A model generated the notes under the pieces. That model was not told where the DNA came from and searched no databases. It worked only from the letters and a program-made list of their open reading frames with translations. Both the position numbers and the translations under genes were made by a program. A DNA stretch of 64,000 nt from Hemiscyllium ocellatum (taxonomy: Eukaryota), in NCBI RefSeq assembly GCF_020745735.1, contig NC_083412.1, positions 58,432,320 through 58,496,319 on the forward strand. The letters run 5' to 3'. Positions 60,936 through 64,000 of this stretch are shown one piece after another. Every line of letters begins with the position of its first letter. The first letter of the stretch is position 1.

Positions 60936-61334
60936 TATGCCCAAAAGGATAACCTTTTGAATAGGGAGACTAGTGGCATGGAAAGTTAGGACAAGGACAA
61001 TCTCATTGCTTTGAGAAGGAGGGAAAAGAGTTAGGGCATGGGAGACAGGGTGGGCACAGCTGAGAAATCCTCATTTGAGGAAAAAAGAGATGGTGTTAGA
61101 GACATTCCAGTGGAAGGTGGCTTCATCAGAACAATTTGATGAAGACAGAGAAACTACAGGAAGCAGCCATGTGAGGAAGTTTATTCAAGGTAACTGTGGG
61201 AATCAGTGAGTTTGTAAAATATATTGGTGGACAACCTATCCCCAGAAACGAAAACAGTGAAGTCAAGGAAGGGAAAGAAAAGTCAAAGATCAACTGGGGG
61301 AAATGAGAGAAGGATGGAAATTAGAAGCAAAATT

Positions 61335-61605
61335 TGAGAGGGGAAAGATTTAAAAGGGACATAAGGGGCAACTTTTTAACACAGGGGGTGCCGGTATGGA
61401 ATGCACTGCCAGAGGAAGTAGTAGAGGCTGATGCAATTACAATACTTAAAAAGCATCTGGATGGGTACATAAGTAGGAAGGGCTTAGAAGGATGTAGGCC
61501 AAATGCTGGCAAATGGGGCTGGATTAATTTCAGACATCTGGTTAGCATGGATAAGTTGGACCAAAAGGTCTGTTTCTGTGCTGTACATCTCTATGACTCT
61601 ATAAC
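61335..61605 (+). mobile_element. CR1 3' end
   Basis: WNALPEEVVEA motif and tail. Confidence 0.9.
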
Positions 61606-61759
61606 TATGCTAATCCTGTTTGAGAACAGAATGCAGTACCATAGACAGCATCAATGTATTGGAGACAGAGTTGTAGTTGGGGTTCTGAGTGGGACTGGAG
61701 CAAGGGATTTTCCATATACCCCAAGAAGAGACAGACATAGCTGGAAGGCACAATGGGTA

Positions 61760-62125
61760 CACATGTTTTTTTTATTCATTGGATGTGGATATCACTGGCT
61801 GGGCCAGCATTCATTGCCCATTCCTAATTGCCTAGAGTTCCGTTGAAAGTCAACCACGTTGCTGTGGGTCTGGAGTCATATGTAGGCCAGACCAGGCAAG
61901 CATGACAGTTCCATTCGCTAACGGATATTAGTGAACCAGTTGGCATTTTAAAACAATTGACAATCGTTTCATGGTGTTCATTAGACTCTGAATTCCCTCT
62001 CTTCTATTAAATTCAAATTTTACCATCGTCCATGGTTGGATTAGAATCCAGGTCCCCAGAATATTGTTTGAATCTTTGAATTAACCATCCAGTGATAATA
62101 TCACCAGGCCATTGCTACACCCTTG
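61760..62125 (-). mobile_element. CR1/L2-group LINE 3' end
   Basis: ttcattggatgtggatatcactggctgggccagcattcattgccc. Confidence 0.75.
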
Positions 62126-62129
62126 ACTG

Positions 62130-63330
62130 ACAGTCATGGAGTCATACAGTAATACAGCATGGAAACAGGCTGCTTGGTCCAAACTGGTCCATGGTGCCCA
62201 CTAAGCTAGTCCCAATTGCCCACATTTGATCTATATCCCTCTAAACCCTTCCCATCTATGTACTTGCCAAAATGTTTTTGTAAATGTTGCTATTGTACCT
62301 GCCTCAACCACTTTCTCTGGTAGCCCATTCCATATATGCACAGACTCTCTGTGTGAAAACGTTGGCCTCAGGACCTTCTTAAATCTTTCCCCTCTCACCT
62401 TAAACTTATGCCCTCTAGTTTTTAATTTTCACTTCTTGGGGAAGTGAGACAAGTTAAAGGTGAAGTAGTATAGAATCACAGAGTGAACAGCAAGGAAACA
62501 GACTTTTTGGTCCAACAATTCCATGCTGACCATATTCCCAAACCAAACTTGTTTCATTTGCCTGCATTTGGCCCAGAACCTTTTAAACTTTTCTCATTCA
62601 TGTATTTATCCAAATGCCTCTTAAACTCTGTAACTGTACCTGCATCCATCATTTCCACTTGCACTTCATTCCACATACAAACCACTCTCTGTGTAAAAAC
62701 ATTGCCCCCATGTCCTTTTTAAATCCTTCTCCTCTTACTTTAAAAATGTGCAACCTAGTTTTGAACTCCTCTACCTTATGGAAAAGACCCTGTCAGTCAC
62801 CTTTAGAATTCTCTGTAAGGTTACCCCTCAGCCTCCTATACTCCAGTGAGAAGTCCTCATCTATTTTTATAACGCAAATCCTCCATTCCCAACAACATTC
62901 TGGTAGATCTTTTCTGAACTTTCTCCAATTTAAGAATATCCTTCCTGTAGCAGGATGGCCAGAACTCTAAAAGTACTCCAGAAGTGGCCTCACCACATCC
63001 TGTACAACCTCAACATGATATCCCACTCCTATACTCAAATGCCTGAGCAATGAAGGCAAGTGTGTTAAACACCTTCATAGCCACCTTATCTACATGTGAT
63101 GCAAATTTTAAAAAATTATATATCTTGACCCCTAGTTCTCTCTAATCTATCCTGGGCCCTACCATTCATTGTAGAAGTCCTCTCCTTGTTTGTTTTACCA
63201 AAACGCACAAAACATTTATCCAAAGTAAACTCTAATAGGCATTCCTCAGCCCATTGACCCAATTGATCAAGATTGCTCCATCATCTTAGGTAATCTTTTT
63301 CACTTTCCACTATATCAACAATGTTCAAAG
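62130..63330 (-). mobile_element. Two adjacent CR1 3' fragments (62130-62445, 62465-63330)
   Basis: Two CR1 tails with ORF2 C-terminal homology. Confidence 0.85.
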
Positions 63331-64000
63331 GGAGAAATACCTTGGTTGGGTGGTGGCTTATGGGGTCAATTTAGGCTTTTTTTCAAGGAAGGAACCTTCT
63401 GACTATCCTAATGGGCAGATAAATGTGCCAAGGTAATACCTACCTGGAGGTGGCTGTATTAATATGGCACAGACTAACCTTCTGAATATCTTTCCGATAT
63501 CACACACCATTCCCCTGCTCTGAATGTATCTTGGAGCTATTATCTGGACTTGTAATTTTTGAGTTTTGAGTTTACCCACGTAAAAAATTTCTGAAGAAAA
63601 TTATTTGTATTGAATTATTTACTGAAACAGAATTATTTAAAAACACTATTTATCAGCCATTAAATGAGCAGCTTTCACATTATCATTCTGATACAAAAGC
63701 CTCTTACATCTCCAGTTCTTCATTTATATTCCATGTTACCTTGAAAGTCTGGATAGAATGGTTCTTCTCCATTGTGATAAATTGCTAACTTTTGAGAAAA
63801 TATCATTACTGTAGGAAATTGCCCGTTTAAGCTCTTGATTCTTTATATTTACATTCAGGCGGTTCCAAATTGGACCAGGAACTGCATTTTACTGCATCCA
63901 CATTGCTTATAGAAGCTAAAATGATTCAGATGGTAAATGCAGCTCAAAGAATATAGAGCTGGATAGACATAGATGAAATACTTTCAAAAGACCGACAGCA

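Larger units (their letters stand above)
57595..61320 (-). mobile_element. Old Penelope-like element in three pieces (57595-57950, 58495-59040, 60960-61320)
   Basis: GIY-YIG remnant YIGKTKSRLGDCFTEHL at 58515-58823; terminal gatgctggagatctgaa; split by a microsatellite and an L1. The third piece is the least certain. Confidence 0.65.

Noticed and set aside
1-64000. CRISPR arrays, rRNA, or prokaryotic operon-like systems
   Set aside because: No regularly spaced repeat-spacer array or rRNA homology; the sequence is intron- and retroelement-rich eukaryotic DNA

Overview
Vertebrate genomic DNA, almost certainly from a shark (elasmobranch): it carries HE1-type V-SINEs, CR1 LINEs and shark-type Penelope-like elements (PLEs). 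The one host gene I can support is a complete 5-exon CD2-like Ig-superfamily gene on the + strand (CDS exons 7069-7129, 8639-8953, 22832-23077, 24727-24855, 32887-33338; 400 aa). All four introns are GT-AG and phase 1. The protein has a leader, IgV, IgC2, TM and a long cytoplasmic tail with an unusual xRA repeat. Most of the rest is transposon sequence: SINEs, CR1 and CR1/L2-group LINEs, L1/Tx1 fragments, a Gmr1-type Gypsy (integrase before RT, tRNA-Pro PBS), solo LTRs, Harbinger remnants and many PLE derivatives. The most striking non-genic pattern is a set of short and long foldback PLE derivatives. Five have 11-15 bp target-site duplications, and several carry minimal hammerhead-ribozyme-like cores. 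A compact AP-1/RUNX/ETS cluster 13 kb downstream of CD2 is a candidate T-cell enhancer. No second host gene could be confirmed between 34 and 64 kb. All alignments were made by eye and TE boundaries are approximate.
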